A DNA stretch of 64,000 nt from Bacteroidia bacterium (lineage in GTDB: Bacteria > Bacteroidota > Bacteroidia > NS11-12g > UBA9320), in contig JAFMCI010000001.1 in the NCBI GenBank assembly GCA_017857855.1, positions 33,982-97,981 of the forward strand. Reading direction: 5' to 3'. Positions 17,997 to 27,404 of this stretch are shown here, in pieces. The notes beneath the pieces were generated by a model. The model did no database searches and was not told the DNA's origin. It saw nothing but the letters and a program-made list of their open reading frames with translations. Each line of letters begins with the position of its first letter. The first letter of the stretch is position 1. Position numbers and translations under genes: made by a program.

Positions 17997-20894
17997 ATGA
18001 AACAAATTTTAGTTGCCATTTTAATGGCCTATTCTTTTTTGGGATTCTCTCAAAACACCACATTTACTAGAGTTATAAATAACGACTCTACCGATCAATT
18101 ACAAGCGGCATTTCAAAATACTTCAGGTGATTATTATATTCTGAGTACGACAAATAGTAGTGGGCAAGGCAAAAAGGATTTTCAGGTAACTAAGACCAAT
18201 GGTTTAGGTGTTACACAGTGGTCTTATACCTATGGAAGTACTGGCAATGACGTGGGTACAAGTATGAAACCTACCACGGATGGTGGAGCTATAATCTGCG
18301 GATATTCTGATAGTCTCACAGGGCAAGGTGATGATGATATATTTATTACTAAAATAAGTTCTACAGGAGTGCAACAGTGGACAAAGTATATCCGAAGTGA
18401 TAGTATGGAGAGAGCTACTGATGTTATTCAGAGTAAATCAGGTGAATATTTTTTAACTGGTTACATGAAAATGGACACTATGGATATTAATATAGTGGTA
18501 GCGAGATTCAATAGTTCTGGGACCGCTCTTTGGGTGAAGACTTATGGCGGAGATGGTGATGACATCGGTAATGCCATAATCGAGGATGATTTAAATAGAA
18601 TCGTGGTGATAGGCAGTATGGCCAATGATTCAACCAATATAGGAAGTACAGGAGACAAAGATTTGTGCATTATGGCACTGAATACGACAGGGGATGTACT
18701 GAGAATTAAAAATATCGGAACCTCAACGGACGATGAGGGTACTGCGATAATTTTAGCTCCAGGAAAAACATATTATGTAGCGGGTACCACCCATTTAGGC
18801 TTCGGTACAGGGACTAACGGAATGATTTTAAGTCTAGATTCAAATTTCAATTCTACAAACTCTAATTGGTTTGGTGGTTTAGATGAAGACAGAATAGATG
18901 GACTAAGGCTCTTGGCTAATGGGAAGTTATTAGTCAGCTCATCTTCGGTAGGAACCTCAAGTTCAAGAGACGCTTTTGTTTTTGAATACACTCCATCCAC
19001 CGGCTTAACTAACGTTGCCCAAATAACGGGCGGTTTAGATTCAGATGCAACGTCAAAGGCTATTCTTGCAGGTAGAGAATTAACTGGATTTACATTGCTT
19101 TCTTCTGGTTATTCTCTAGGAGGAACCAATACAGAAGATATTTATATATCAAAAATGAATGAATTTTATGACAACCAATGTGGGTTTGGTCAAGATAATT
19201 TGAATTTTGGGGCACTTAATTTAAGTTCTGGTGTGTTTTCAAATAGCCAAACTTATTCTATTTATGGAGGTGCACTATTTACTAGAGCAAGTATTACGAA
19301 TAATGATACGTTGCTTTGTTGTAAGCTGGAAGCTAGAACCAGCGGTGATTCACTTTCGATATGTGGTAACGAATCCATTAGTTTAGGGAGACAATCAATA
19401 AGTGGATATCAGTATAGCTGGACTTCAATAAGTGGTTCAAGTTTTTCAAGTAGTTCGGCAAATCCATCGGTATCACCTTCGACATCCACTTTGTATAAAT
19501 TAGTGGTTTCTTCGGCAGATGGCTTATGTACTCCAGATTCTGCTCTTGTATATTTAAAGGTAAATCAAAAATTAAATGTAACCCCAATTAGCGACACGTT
19601 CGTTTGTATAGGGGATAGTATCTTAATTACAGCAACTTCTGGCATGAATTATTATGAGTGGAATACCCCAGCTGGCAAAGTAAATCAACCTTCTATCTAC
19701 ATTAAGGTTACGTCTCCTAATATACGTCTGTTCACCATTGATAATAATTCATGTGCGTACAGAGATACGTTTAGCGTTGTGCAAAAAGCACTTCCTCAAT
19801 TTAGTTTGGGAAGTGATACGACGATTTGTGAAAATTTAAATATAAAACTTAACGGTCCAACTAACATGCAGAATTATATTTGGAATAATGTTAGTACTGG
19901 CACTGCAAGCTACACAACCAATGTTTCTAAAATCCATAAACTTATTGTTGTAGATTCTTTTGGGTGTAAATTTACTGACGATATAGAGGTTTTAACTGTT
20001 CCTAACTCTCCTTTTTCTCTAGGCCCTGACACCTTAGTTTGTCCTGGTTCTAATTATACCATCTTCGGACCATCAGCGCTTAAATTTTATAAATGGAATA
20101 ATGTTTCTTCTGCATTGGCAAGTAAAACAGTAAACGTTGCCGGAAAATATTGGGCTGAAGCTTATAACAGTTTCGGTTGTCCAAGTTACGATACTGTAAA
20201 TATTTCATTTTACCCCAGTTCTGCCTTTAGTTTAGGAGCTGATCTTGGTTTTTGCGATGACATAAATTACACTATAGTGGGTCCAGTAGGAGAGAAAGAA
20301 TACCTTTGGTCAGATAGCTCAACGAATCAAAACTTAACCATTGATACGGTGGGTATTTATTACCTAAAAATAGTAGACGATAACATGTGCGAATTCAGAG
20401 ATACCGTAAATGTAACGTTATCACAAAGTCCTACAATATCCCTAGGTGCTGAGACTAAAATACCTGCAAGCGGAGTTTTAGATCTTACCCCCGGTTCCGG
20501 CTTTAAGTCGTATACTTGGAGCACAGGAGCATCTACTGAAATTTTACAAGTTACAGATACCGGAAGATATTCTGTAACTGTTGTAGATGTTAACGGTTGC
20601 TCTGCCTATGCTGAAATATATATTAATAAGACAGCAGAGTTAAATTATATCAATGGAGTTCGTTATAGTGTATACCCAAATCCTGTAAATGACTTGCTTC
20701 ATATAGAAGGAGGCAGCGAGTTGACTAAAAGTGCCATAAGCATAATGGACGCTTTAGGTAAAACAGTATACAGCAACAGATCATTTAATGGTAATGAAAA
20801 AATAAATGTAAAAGAATTACCAGCTGGATTATATCGCGTTATTATTTCTGTGGACGATAAAACACTTAGCCTCAACGTTGTGATTACACATTAA
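17997..20894 (+). CDS. T9SS C-terminal-domain cargo protein with N-terminal beta-propeller-like (SBBP-like) repeats and about six SprB-type Cys/YxW repeats; putative gliding adhesin
   Basis: Signal peptide; GGxGxDxGxAI repeats; six repeats of roughly 70 aa carrying C...G...Y.W motifs (ICENLNIKLNGP..YIWNN, VCPGSNYTIFGP..YKWNN, FCDDINYTIVGP..YLWSD, ICGNESISLG..YQYSW); C-terminal YPNPVNDLLHIEG...LYRVIISV T9SS CTD. Confidence 0.6.
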   Translation: MKQILVAILMAYSFLGFSQNTTFTRVINNDSTDQLQAAFQNTSGDYYILSTTNSSGQGKKDFQVTKTNGLGVTQWSYTYGSTGNDVGTSMKPTTDGGAIICGYSDSLTGQGDDDIFITKISSTGVQQWTKYIRSDSMERATDVIQSKSGEYFLTGYMKMDTMDINIVVARFNSSGTALWVKTYGGDGDDIGNAIIEDDLNRIVVIGSMANDSTNIGSTGDKDLCIMALNTTGDVLRIKNIGTSTDDEGTAIILAPGKTYYVAGTTHLGFGTGTNGMILSLDSNFNSTNSNWFGGLDEDRIDGLRLLANGKLLVSSSSVGTSSSRDAFVFEYTPSTGLTNVAQITGGLDSDATSKAILAGRELTGFTLLSSGYSLGGTNTEDIYISKMNEFYDNQCGFGQDNLNFGALNLSSGVFSNSQTYSIYGGALFTRASITNNDTLLCCKLEARTSGDSLSICGNESISLGRQSISGYQYSWTSISGSSFSSSSANPSVSPSTSTLYKLVVSSADGLCTPDSALVYLKVNQKLNVTPISDTFVCIGDSILITATSGMNYYEWNTPAGKVNQPSIYIKVTSPNIRLFTIDNNSCAYRDTFSVVQKALPQFSLGSDTTICENLNIKLNGPTNMQNYIWNNVSTGTASYTTNVSKIHKLIVVDSFGCKFTDDIEVLTVPNSPFSLGPDTLVCPGSNYTIFGPSALKFYKWNNVSSALASKTVNVAGKYWAEAYNSFGCPSYDTVNISFYPSSAFSLGADLGFCDDINYTIVGPVGEKEYLWSDSSTNQNLTIDTVGIYYLKIVDDNMCEFRDTVNVTLSQSPTISLGAETKIPASGVLDLTPGSGFKSYTWSTGASTEILQVTDTGRYSVTVVDVNGCSAYAEIYINKTAELNYINGVRYSVYPNPVNDLLHIEGGSELTKSAISIMDALGKTVYSNRSFNGNEKINVKELPAGLYRVIISVDDKTLSLNVVITH
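19317..20637 (+). repeat. Tandem in-frame repeat array encoding about six SprB-like repeats of ~70 aa
   Basis: Recurring FSLG.D...C......I.GP....Y.W protein periodicity seen in the translation; boundaries are approximate. Confidence 0.5.
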
Positions 20895-20897
20895 TTT

Positions 20898-21812
20898 ATG
20901 TCAATAGAGATTAAGAATCTTACCAAAGTTTATGGAACTCAAAAAGCCATTGACGGTATTTCATTTAGCATTGGCGCAGGTGAAATAGTTGGGTTTTTAG
21001 GTCCTAACGGAGCAGGAAAGAGTACCACAATGAAAATATTGAGTGGTTATATTCCGCAAACTTCTGGTAACGCAAGTGTTTTGGGTATGGATGTTGCAAA
21101 AGAGCCACTCAAAATAAAACAACGCGTAGGTTATTTGCCTGAACTTAATCCCTTATACAATGAAATGTATATCAAAGAATATCTACAGTTTAACGCAGAT
21201 ATTTACAAAATTAAAAATGCCAAGGAGGCCATCGAACATGTTATAGAAATAACAGGATTGACGCTAGAAAGAAAGAAAAAAATAGGCCAATTGTCTAAGG
21301 GTTATAGGCAGCGTGTGGGACTTGCTCAGGCATTGCTTAATAATCCAGATGTCTTGATCTTGGATGAGCCAACTTCAGGTCTTGATCCAAATCAAATGAC
21401 TGAAATCCGAAAGCTGATTGTAGACTTAGGAAAGGACAAAACTATTCTTCTATCTACTCATATTATGCAGGAGGTAGAAGCTATGTGTAGTAGGGTTATT
21501 ATTATAAATAAGGGTAAGATTGTAGCCGATGACCAAGTGGGTAATATTAAAAACAGGTTAAAGAATAACTCTAAAACAATTCGCGTAAAATTTAGAGACG
21601 CAATTGAACTTGCTAAATTAGAAGGTCAGTCTGGTGTGGAAGCTGTTGTACCTATGGATGCTCATGTTTATGAGGTTACTGCAGGCAATGGAGTAGATTT
21701 AGCTGAGTTATTATTTAAATTTGCCATAGCTTCAAATACCATTATTACCGAGCAAATGGAGTTGTCAGAATCTTTAGAAAATGTATTTCATCAATTGACC
21801 AAGAATGTATAG
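20898..21812 (+). CDS. gldA: Gliding motility-associated ABC transporter ATP-binding subunit
   Basis: Walker A GPNGAGKST, ABC signature LSKGYRQRV, Walker B ILDEPTSGLD; 304 aa; followed by gldF- and gldG-like genes. Confidence 0.7.
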   Translation: MSIEIKNLTKVYGTQKAIDGISFSIGAGEIVGFLGPNGAGKSTTMKILSGYIPQTSGNASVLGMDVAKEPLKIKQRVGYLPELNPLYNEMYIKEYLQFNADIYKIKNAKEAIEHVIEITGLTLERKKKIGQLSKGYRQRVGLAQALLNNPDVLILDEPTSGLDPNQMTEIRKLIVDLGKDKTILLSTHIMQEVEAMCSRVIIINKGKIVADDQVGNIKNRLKNNSKTIRVKFRDAIELAKLEGQSGVEAVVPMDAHVYEVTAGNGVDLAELLFKFAIASNTIITEQMELSESLENVFHQLTKNV

Positions 21813-22533
21813 TATATTCAAAAAAGAAATTCGAAGCTTCTTAAGTTCGCTAATAGCCTATGTGGTTATTGTCGTATTTTTATTGCTCAATGGTCTTTTT
21901 ACTTGGGTTTTTGCCGATGGAAATGTGCTTACCTTAGGATATGCCAATTTAGATGTGTTGTTTTATATGGCACCATGGATTTTCATATTTCTTATTTCGG
22001 CCATAACAATGAGAGCGATTTCTGAAGAGATAAAACAAGGCACTTATGAAATATTGGGAACAAAGCCGCTTACAGATCTAAATATTATTTTAGGTAAGTT
22101 TTTTTCTGCTGTTGTTCTGGTATTTTTTGCTGTTGTGCCAACGTTTATTTATTTTTATTCGATTTATCAACTAGGGTTACCTAAAGGAAATATAGATGTG
22201 GGAGCAACTTGGGGCTCATACATTGGACTTATTTTACTAGGTGCGAGTTATGCTGCTATTGGTCTTTTTGCCTCAGCAGTTACGCCTAATCAGATTGTGG
22301 CCTTTATATTTAGCATGGTTCTTTGTTTCTTCTTTTATGTAGGCTTTCAACAGCTAAGTAATCTAAATTTATTTGGAGGGAATGATAGTATAGTTCAATC
22401 ACTCGGGATTCAATATCATTATGATTCTATAAGTAGAGGAGTAGTAGATACACGTGATTTAGTCTATTTTGGGTCATTGATTACCTTTTTTTTAGGTTTA
22501 ACATATTTAGCGTTGGATAGTAGAAAATGGTAA
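21805..22533 (+). CDS. gldF: Gliding motility-associated ABC transporter permease
   Basis: 242 aa, six TM helices, ABC-2-type permease; overlaps gldA by 8 bp and gldG by 7 bp. Confidence 0.65.
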   Translation: MYSIFKKEIRSFLSSLIAYVVIVVFLLLNGLFTWVFADGNVLTLGYANLDVLFYMAPWIFIFLISAITMRAISEEIKQGTYEILGTKPLTDLNIILGKFFSAVVLVFFAVVPTFIYFYSIYQLGLPKGNIDVGATWGSYIGLILLGASYAAIGLFASAVTPNQIVAFIFSMVLCFFFYVGFQQLSNLNLFGGNDSIVQSLGIQYHYDSISRGVVDTRDLVYFGSLITFFLGLTYLALDSRKW

Positions 22534-24311
22534 AAAAGATCAAAACCAACACCCGCAAAGGAGTGATAATTAAAAAAATGATTATCGGTTTCGCAGGTAT
22601 CATTTTACTCAATATACTCGCTGATACATTTTACAAAAGGATAGATCTTACTAAGGAAGGAAGGTTCACACTATCGGGCTCCACAGAGAAATTAATAGAT
22701 AAGATTGAAGACGATTTATATATCACTGTTTTCTTGGATGGAGATATTCCATTGGATTACAAAAGGTTAAAATCTGCTACTAGAGATATGCTTAACGAAT
22801 ACAGGTTAACCTCTTCTGGCAAGATTAGTTTTGATTTTGAAGATGTACTGGAGGATAAGGAGCTAAAAGATAAGGAGAAAATATTAGGAGAAATTTATAG
22901 CAAAGGCCTTCGAATCGAAAGATCGGAAACGGCCCCAGATGAAGCTCCTTCTGAAAAGTATATCATTCCTGCAGGAATAGTTTTTTATAAAGGACAAGAG
23001 TACCCTTTTAACTTACTAAAAAGAGAATTTGGGAAACCCTTAGAAGAGGAAATTAATGGGTCTATTGAGCTTTTAGAGTACGAGATAGGTAATGCCATTA
23101 GAAAGGCAATCGTGGGTAAAGATGTTAAATTGGGCTTTACAACCGGACACGGTGAGCTAAGTGCTGTGGAAACTGCCGATATTGGTAAAGAGTTAAGCGG
23201 TTATTATGATATTAACCTGATTAACTTAAATCTAACGGATTCTAATTGTTATAAAATTTTTGCTAAAGACGTAGTAAATCAGCCTGACAAACCAGTGTTT
23301 ACCATTTTAGTAGAAGGCTTAATAAGAGAACTTAAAAAATTTAGCGGTATAGTAATAGCCAAACCTACAAAACCCTTTACAGAGCCAGAAAAGTACGTTC
23401 TAGATCAATATGTGATGAATGGAGGGAAGGTGATTTTTTTAGTAGAAAGCCTCTTAGCTGAAATGGATTCAGTAGCTAAGTATGGACAAGTGTCGACAAT
23501 TAACCACAACCATAATTTAGATGACTTGCTTTTTCATTACGGGGTAAAAGTTCAGCCTACATTGGTGCAAGATTTACAATGCCACGGCATACCAGCGATT
23601 AATCAACAAACGAATCGACCAGGATTCTTCCCGTGGATGTTTTATCCGCTATATAGTGCCGTGGATGACAACCCGGTGTCTAAGAACCTGGAGAATGTCT
23701 GGGGACAATACAGTAGTACATTAGATACGACAACTCGTAAGGCACTTAATCACACCGTCCTTCTTCGCTCTTCACCCAAAAGTAGGGTTGCACATAATCC
23801 GGTACTAATATCGTTAGATTTACTTAAGATCACCCCTGATCCTGCTAATTTCAATAAAGGAAATCAGATAGCAGCAGTTTTAGTGGAAGGCGAATTCACA
23901 AGTCCTTTCCGTTTTAGAGAGGGTATTAAAAAAGCATTTGACATTCCTTTTATTGGGTCTATTAAGAACAATGCGATGATCGTTATTGGCGATGGTGACA
24001 TTATAAGAAATCAAACATCTTCTGATGGGCAGGTATATCCGCTAGGATACGATAAGTATGCTTCAAAACATTTTGGAGCGCCGGTGGAGTTTGCCAATAA
24101 GAAGTTTTTCATGAATTGTGTTGACTTCTTGTGCGATGAAACAAATCTTATAGAAGTAAGAAGTCGCGAAGTAGAGTTAAGGCTACTTGATAAGGTAAAG
24201 ATTAAAAAGGAACGTGCGTTTTGGCAAAGTATGAATATGATAGTGCCTATTTTATTGGTGATTATATTTGGACTTATTAATTCGATGTATCGTAAAAAAC
24301 GCTGGGCATAG
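22527..24311 (+). CDS. gldG: Gliding motility-associated ABC transporter substrate-binding/auxiliary protein
   Basis: 594 aa with N- and C-terminal TM anchors and a large periplasmic domain; position after gldA and gldF. Confidence 0.65.
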   Translation: MVKKIKTNTRKGVIIKKMIIGFAGIILLNILADTFYKRIDLTKEGRFTLSGSTEKLIDKIEDDLYITVFLDGDIPLDYKRLKSATRDMLNEYRLTSSGKISFDFEDVLEDKELKDKEKILGEIYSKGLRIERSETAPDEAPSEKYIIPAGIVFYKGQEYPFNLLKREFGKPLEEEINGSIELLEYEIGNAIRKAIVGKDVKLGFTTGHGELSAVETADIGKELSGYYDINLINLNLTDSNCYKIFAKDVVNQPDKPVFTILVEGLIRELKKFSGIVIAKPTKPFTEPEKYVLDQYVMNGGKVIFLVESLLAEMDSVAKYGQVSTINHNHNLDDLLFHYGVKVQPTLVQDLQCHGIPAINQQTNRPGFFPWMFYPLYSAVDDNPVSKNLENVWGQYSSTLDTTTRKALNHTVLLRSSPKSRVAHNPVLISLDLLKITPDPANFNKGNQIAAVLVEGEFTSPFRFREGIKKAFDIPFIGSIKNNAMIVIGDGDIIRNQTSSDGQVYPLGYDKYASKHFGAPVEFANKKFFMNCVDFLCDETNLIEVRSREVELRLLDKVKIKKERAFWQSMNMIVPILLVIIFGLINSMYRKKRWA

Positions 24312-24317
24312 AGTACA

Positions 24318-25379
24318 ATGAGAAAATGGCTAACGTACATATTACTTTTAGCAATACTTATTGTCTCTGGACAGGATAACCATTTCGTTAATCTTTCTGC
24401 TACACCAGGGTTTTTATTAGCACACAGAGCAGATTTATTAGGTTTAGCCGCTCATAATTATGGATTAGAAGTGTCTTATGAACAGAATAAGTACAGTTCA
24501 CACTGGGGTGCTGCCTATAAAAAGCCAAGCATTGGGTATGGTATTCTTTATTATAATTTAGGTAAGGAGGAAACAGGTCATGCTTTCGGTTTACTCACCC
24601 ATGTTAAGTTGAACATAATCAGTGTAGGGAAATCGGATATACGATTTAGAATGGGCGCTGGCTTAGCCTACCTTACCAAAAAGTTTGATGTATACGAAAA
24701 CCGTCGAAATCAGGCGATCGGAAGTCATTTTAACGGCAGTATGCAGTTTGGTTTAATTGGACATTCGAGATATTTATCTAAAAACTATTTGGAATATGGA
24801 ATTTCTATCTCGCATTACTCTAATGCAGCCTTTAAGGTGCCAAATTTGGGTTATAATATTCCTTCGGTAACGGTAAGATATGGATTTGGATTAGGAGAAA
24901 AGCAGAATAAAACACCTGAATTAGCATTATCCGACAAAAAGATCGATTGGCGGGCGGCATTAATTTATGGTAAGAAGCAACGTAACTTTGGGAATCCTAT
25001 TAATTTTTATAATTACGGTGTTCAGTTACGAGGGATTAAAAATGTAAGTAATACGAAGGCTTGGAGATTTGGTGTCGATTACACCTTAGATAAAACGTAT
25101 AAGTATTCTGAGAACAGTCTTGTGGCTTTAGACTCAATAACTATAGTTGAGCAGTCGGAATTAGCTGTAGCGGCTGGATTTCAATGGAATTTTGGAAGGG
25201 TTGACGTGATTGCAGAGATAGGCGCGTATGTATATAAACCTGCGGTTTTAAAAAATGCATTAAGTCAACGAATGGGCTTAAGCTATACATTAAATAAGCA
25301 TTGGAATGCACAAGGTACGTTGCGCTTTCATAGGGGGGTTGCTGATTTTTTTGAAATAGGAATTGGATACACACTATGA
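24318..25379 (+). CDS. Outer-membrane acyloxyacyl hydrolase / PagL-like lipid A deacylase family protein (tentative)
   Basis: Signal peptide; HYSNAAF (H-x-S-N) motif resembling the PagL catalytic His/Ser; beta-barrel-like composition; C-terminal aromatic residue. Confidence 0.4.
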   Translation: MRKWLTYILLLAILIVSGQDNHFVNLSATPGFLLAHRADLLGLAAHNYGLEVSYEQNKYSSHWGAAYKKPSIGYGILYYNLGKEETGHAFGLLTHVKLNIISVGKSDIRFRMGAGLAYLTKKFDVYENRRNQAIGSHFNGSMQFGLIGHSRYLSKNYLEYGISISHYSNAAFKVPNLGYNIPSVTVRYGFGLGEKQNKTPELALSDKKIDWRAALIYGKKQRNFGNPINFYNYGVQLRGIKNVSNTKAWRFGVDYTLDKTYKYSENSLVALDSITIVEQSELAVAAGFQWNFGRVDVIAEIGAYVYKPAVLKNALSQRMGLSYTLNKHWNAQGTLRFHRGVADFFEIGIGYTL

Positions 25380-26101
25380 AGCAGACTATCCTATTAATAT
25401 CGATATTTTTATGGTCATGTCAACGAGGAGACGATTGTTTTACCAATAAAGGAGCCAATGGGAGTGTATCGAGAAAATTGGAAGTTTTTGATAAAATCAG
25501 TATTGAGAATAGACTAAATCTCATCATAACGCAGGATAGTGCCAAAGCTGGGGATATAGTAATAAGTGGTCCTGAAAATTTATTGGAAGAAATTACAACT
25601 GAGGTTTCTGATGGATGGCTGAAAATAAAAAACACGAACACTTGTAACTTCGTGCGCAGTTATGATTACGAATTAACCGTCAAAGTTTTTTTAAAGGATT
25701 TGAGCATGCTGAATATTGACGGGATAGCCTCTGTAAAAACAGAAGATACGTTAACGATAAAGAAGCTAGATATTGAACATCTTGCCTTATCGGATATACA
25801 CTTAACGTTAAGTGGTGAGGAGGTTTTTTTGCGATCGAGAAATTCTGCACATACAAAGTTAGATGGAAGAATAAAGGTATTCAAAGGTTCTATAGAGGAA
25901 ATATCTGACGTAGATGCAGAGTTTTTGAAAGCTGAGGAAGTATTGCTTGATACACATACTCCACTTGATTGTGTCGTTAATGCTTCGAAAGGAATCTTCG
26001 TCAAAATATATGGTCCAGGTAGTATTTTATATGTGAACGAACCCTCAGAATATAAAATTGTAGATGAGCAATTAAGCTCTGGTAGGCTACGAAAAAAATA
26101 A
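25376..26101 (+). CDS. Lipoprotein with head GIN / DUF2807-like repeat domain (tentative)
   Basis: Lipobox-like LWSCQ; internal repeat periodicity typical of DUF2807 proteins; 4-bp overlap with the upstream gene. Confidence 0.4.
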   Translation: MKQTILLISIFLWSCQRGDDCFTNKGANGSVSRKLEVFDKISIENRLNLIITQDSAKAGDIVISGPENLLEEITTEVSDGWLKIKNTNTCNFVRSYDYELTVKVFLKDLSMLNIDGIASVKTEDTLTIKKLDIEHLALSDIHLTLSGEEVFLRSRNSAHTKLDGRIKVFKGSIEEISDVDAEFLKAEEVLLDTHTPLDCVVNASKGIFVKIYGPGSILYVNEPSEYKIVDEQLSSGRLRKK

Positions 26102-26103
26102 AA

Positions 26104-26128
26104 AAGGAGCATCTTCTGAATACTCCTT
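26104..26128 (-). terminator. Weak hairpin, possible terminator for the hsp20 gene
   Basis: aaggag...ctcctt stem (6 bp, long loop). On the minus strand it is followed by a T-run, between convergent genes. Confidence 0.25.
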
Positions 26129-26150
26129 AGTAAGTTCGTACGTATGAGAA

Positions 26151-26621
26151 CTAGGTTATACTTATACTCTTTGGTTTAGACTCTTCTTTTTTCTGCACGA
26201 ACAAAGTTAGAAGGCCGTCTTGTAGTTTTGCGCTTATAGCATCTAAACTCGCATTTTTAGGGAGCCTTACCTCTCGTACGTACTTTCCGTGGTTAAACTC
26301 AGAATGGAGAACTGTATAGTCTGAAGCGGTGGTGGCACGATGCGCCTCAATCTTAATTATATGTTCTTCTTGGTTTATGCTGATGTTCTGTTTAGTAACT
26401 CCAGGAAGGCTGAGTTGTAACATGTACTGTTCGTCGTTCTCAGACAACTGGAAAGGTGGCCTGTAAATGCCTTGTGGTTTATTCGTAGTTTCAGATAACA
26501 TGTCATTTACGATCTGTCCGAAGTTATTGATAAGGACATCAGAAAAAATTGCTTGGTTCGTTTTAAGTCTCATTTTGTTCATTTTATTGCTTGTTGTGTA
26601 ATGGTCAATTGCTATTCCCAA
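26151..26621 (-). CDS. Hsp20/alpha-crystallin family small heat-shock protein
   Basis: 156 aa; alpha-crystallin domain pattern (...LSLPGV.K..I.I......I.IEA......LPKNA....I.A.L.DGLLTL). Confidence 0.75.
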   Translation of the reverse strand: MGIAIDHYTTSNKMNKMRLKTNQAIFSDVLINNFGQIVNDMLSETTNKPQGIYRPPFQLSENDEQYMLQLSLPGVTKQNISINQEEHIIKIEAHRATTASDYTVLHSEFNHGKYVREVRLPKNASLDAISAKLQDGLLTLFVQKKEESKPKSISIT

Positions 26622-26686
26622 TACAAAAAATAGACAAAATGGCTTAAAAATACAGAATAAATTTTAAATAAACGACAAAATGACCG

Positions 26687-27346
26687 TTATTTTGCTACGA
26701 TAATGTTATTGATGTCTTGAAAAATTTCGGTAGTTACATTTTTATAGAGCATTCCAAGTTCGATGATGAGAGTGCTTAAAAGCGTACTTTCTGCCTCACT
26801 TCTACTTATTGTGTTGAAGATTGTGAGTCCACCAAACGCAGTGTGAGATTTTATCGCCTTTAAAAAGATGGAATCTTTAAGGAGTATTGAATTTTCTAAT
26901 TCCTTAAAAAGATCCACCAGAATAATATCATATTTAGCATAATCTTGTCGCAAAAAATCAGCAGCATCGCTGCACACTATCTTTGGCTTCAACTGGAACT
27001 GGTTGGCAAAGTGCTCGTGATATAAATCTATAATTTTTGCGTCGTACTCTACGCCTATGAGCTTGTTTTTATAATTGTATTTTCGATCTAGTAGTTCTAT
27101 TGCGCTCCCACATCCAAATCCCAAAATTAGTATGTTCTGTGCTTCTTGTATTTCTTGAGCGTAAGGGGTGAGTGCTTTTTCGATAACCTTTGAGGCGTTC
27201 CCAAAAGAAAAATTAGCATCTTTTGTATTTAATATTTTCTTTCCATTAGTCCATACCAATTCAAGGTATTCATTCTGAGGTGAGCTTGTTTTTAAAATGG
27301 GGATATCCCAAAAAAAGGAACAAAGTTGAATAAGTATTTTTTTCAT
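26687..27346 (-). CDS. Spermidine synthase-like / class I SAM-dependent methyltransferase-fold protein
   Basis: ILILGFGCGSAIELL Rossmann-type SAM motif; 219 aa. Confidence 0.35.
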   Translation of the reverse strand: MKKILIQLCSFFWDIPILKTSSPQNEYLELVWTNGKKILNTKDANFSFGNASKVIEKALTPYAQEIQEAQNILILGFGCGSAIELLDRKYNYKNKLIGVEYDAKIIDLYHEHFANQFQLKPKIVCSDAADFLRQDYAKYDIILVDLFKELENSILLKDSIFLKAIKSHTAFGGLTIFNTISRSEAESTLLSTLIIELGMLYKNVTTEIFQDINNIIVAK

Positions 27347-27404
27347 AAAAAAAGCCTTCTGTTGTGAAGCAGAAGGCTAGTGTTTAAATCGTGAATAGCG
27401 TTAA

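Noticed and set aside
25666-26112. 148-aa - strand ORF inside the head-GIN-like gene
   Set aside because: The sense-strand gene has a lipoprotein signal and repeat structure, while the antisense ORF has no features. It is likely spurious.
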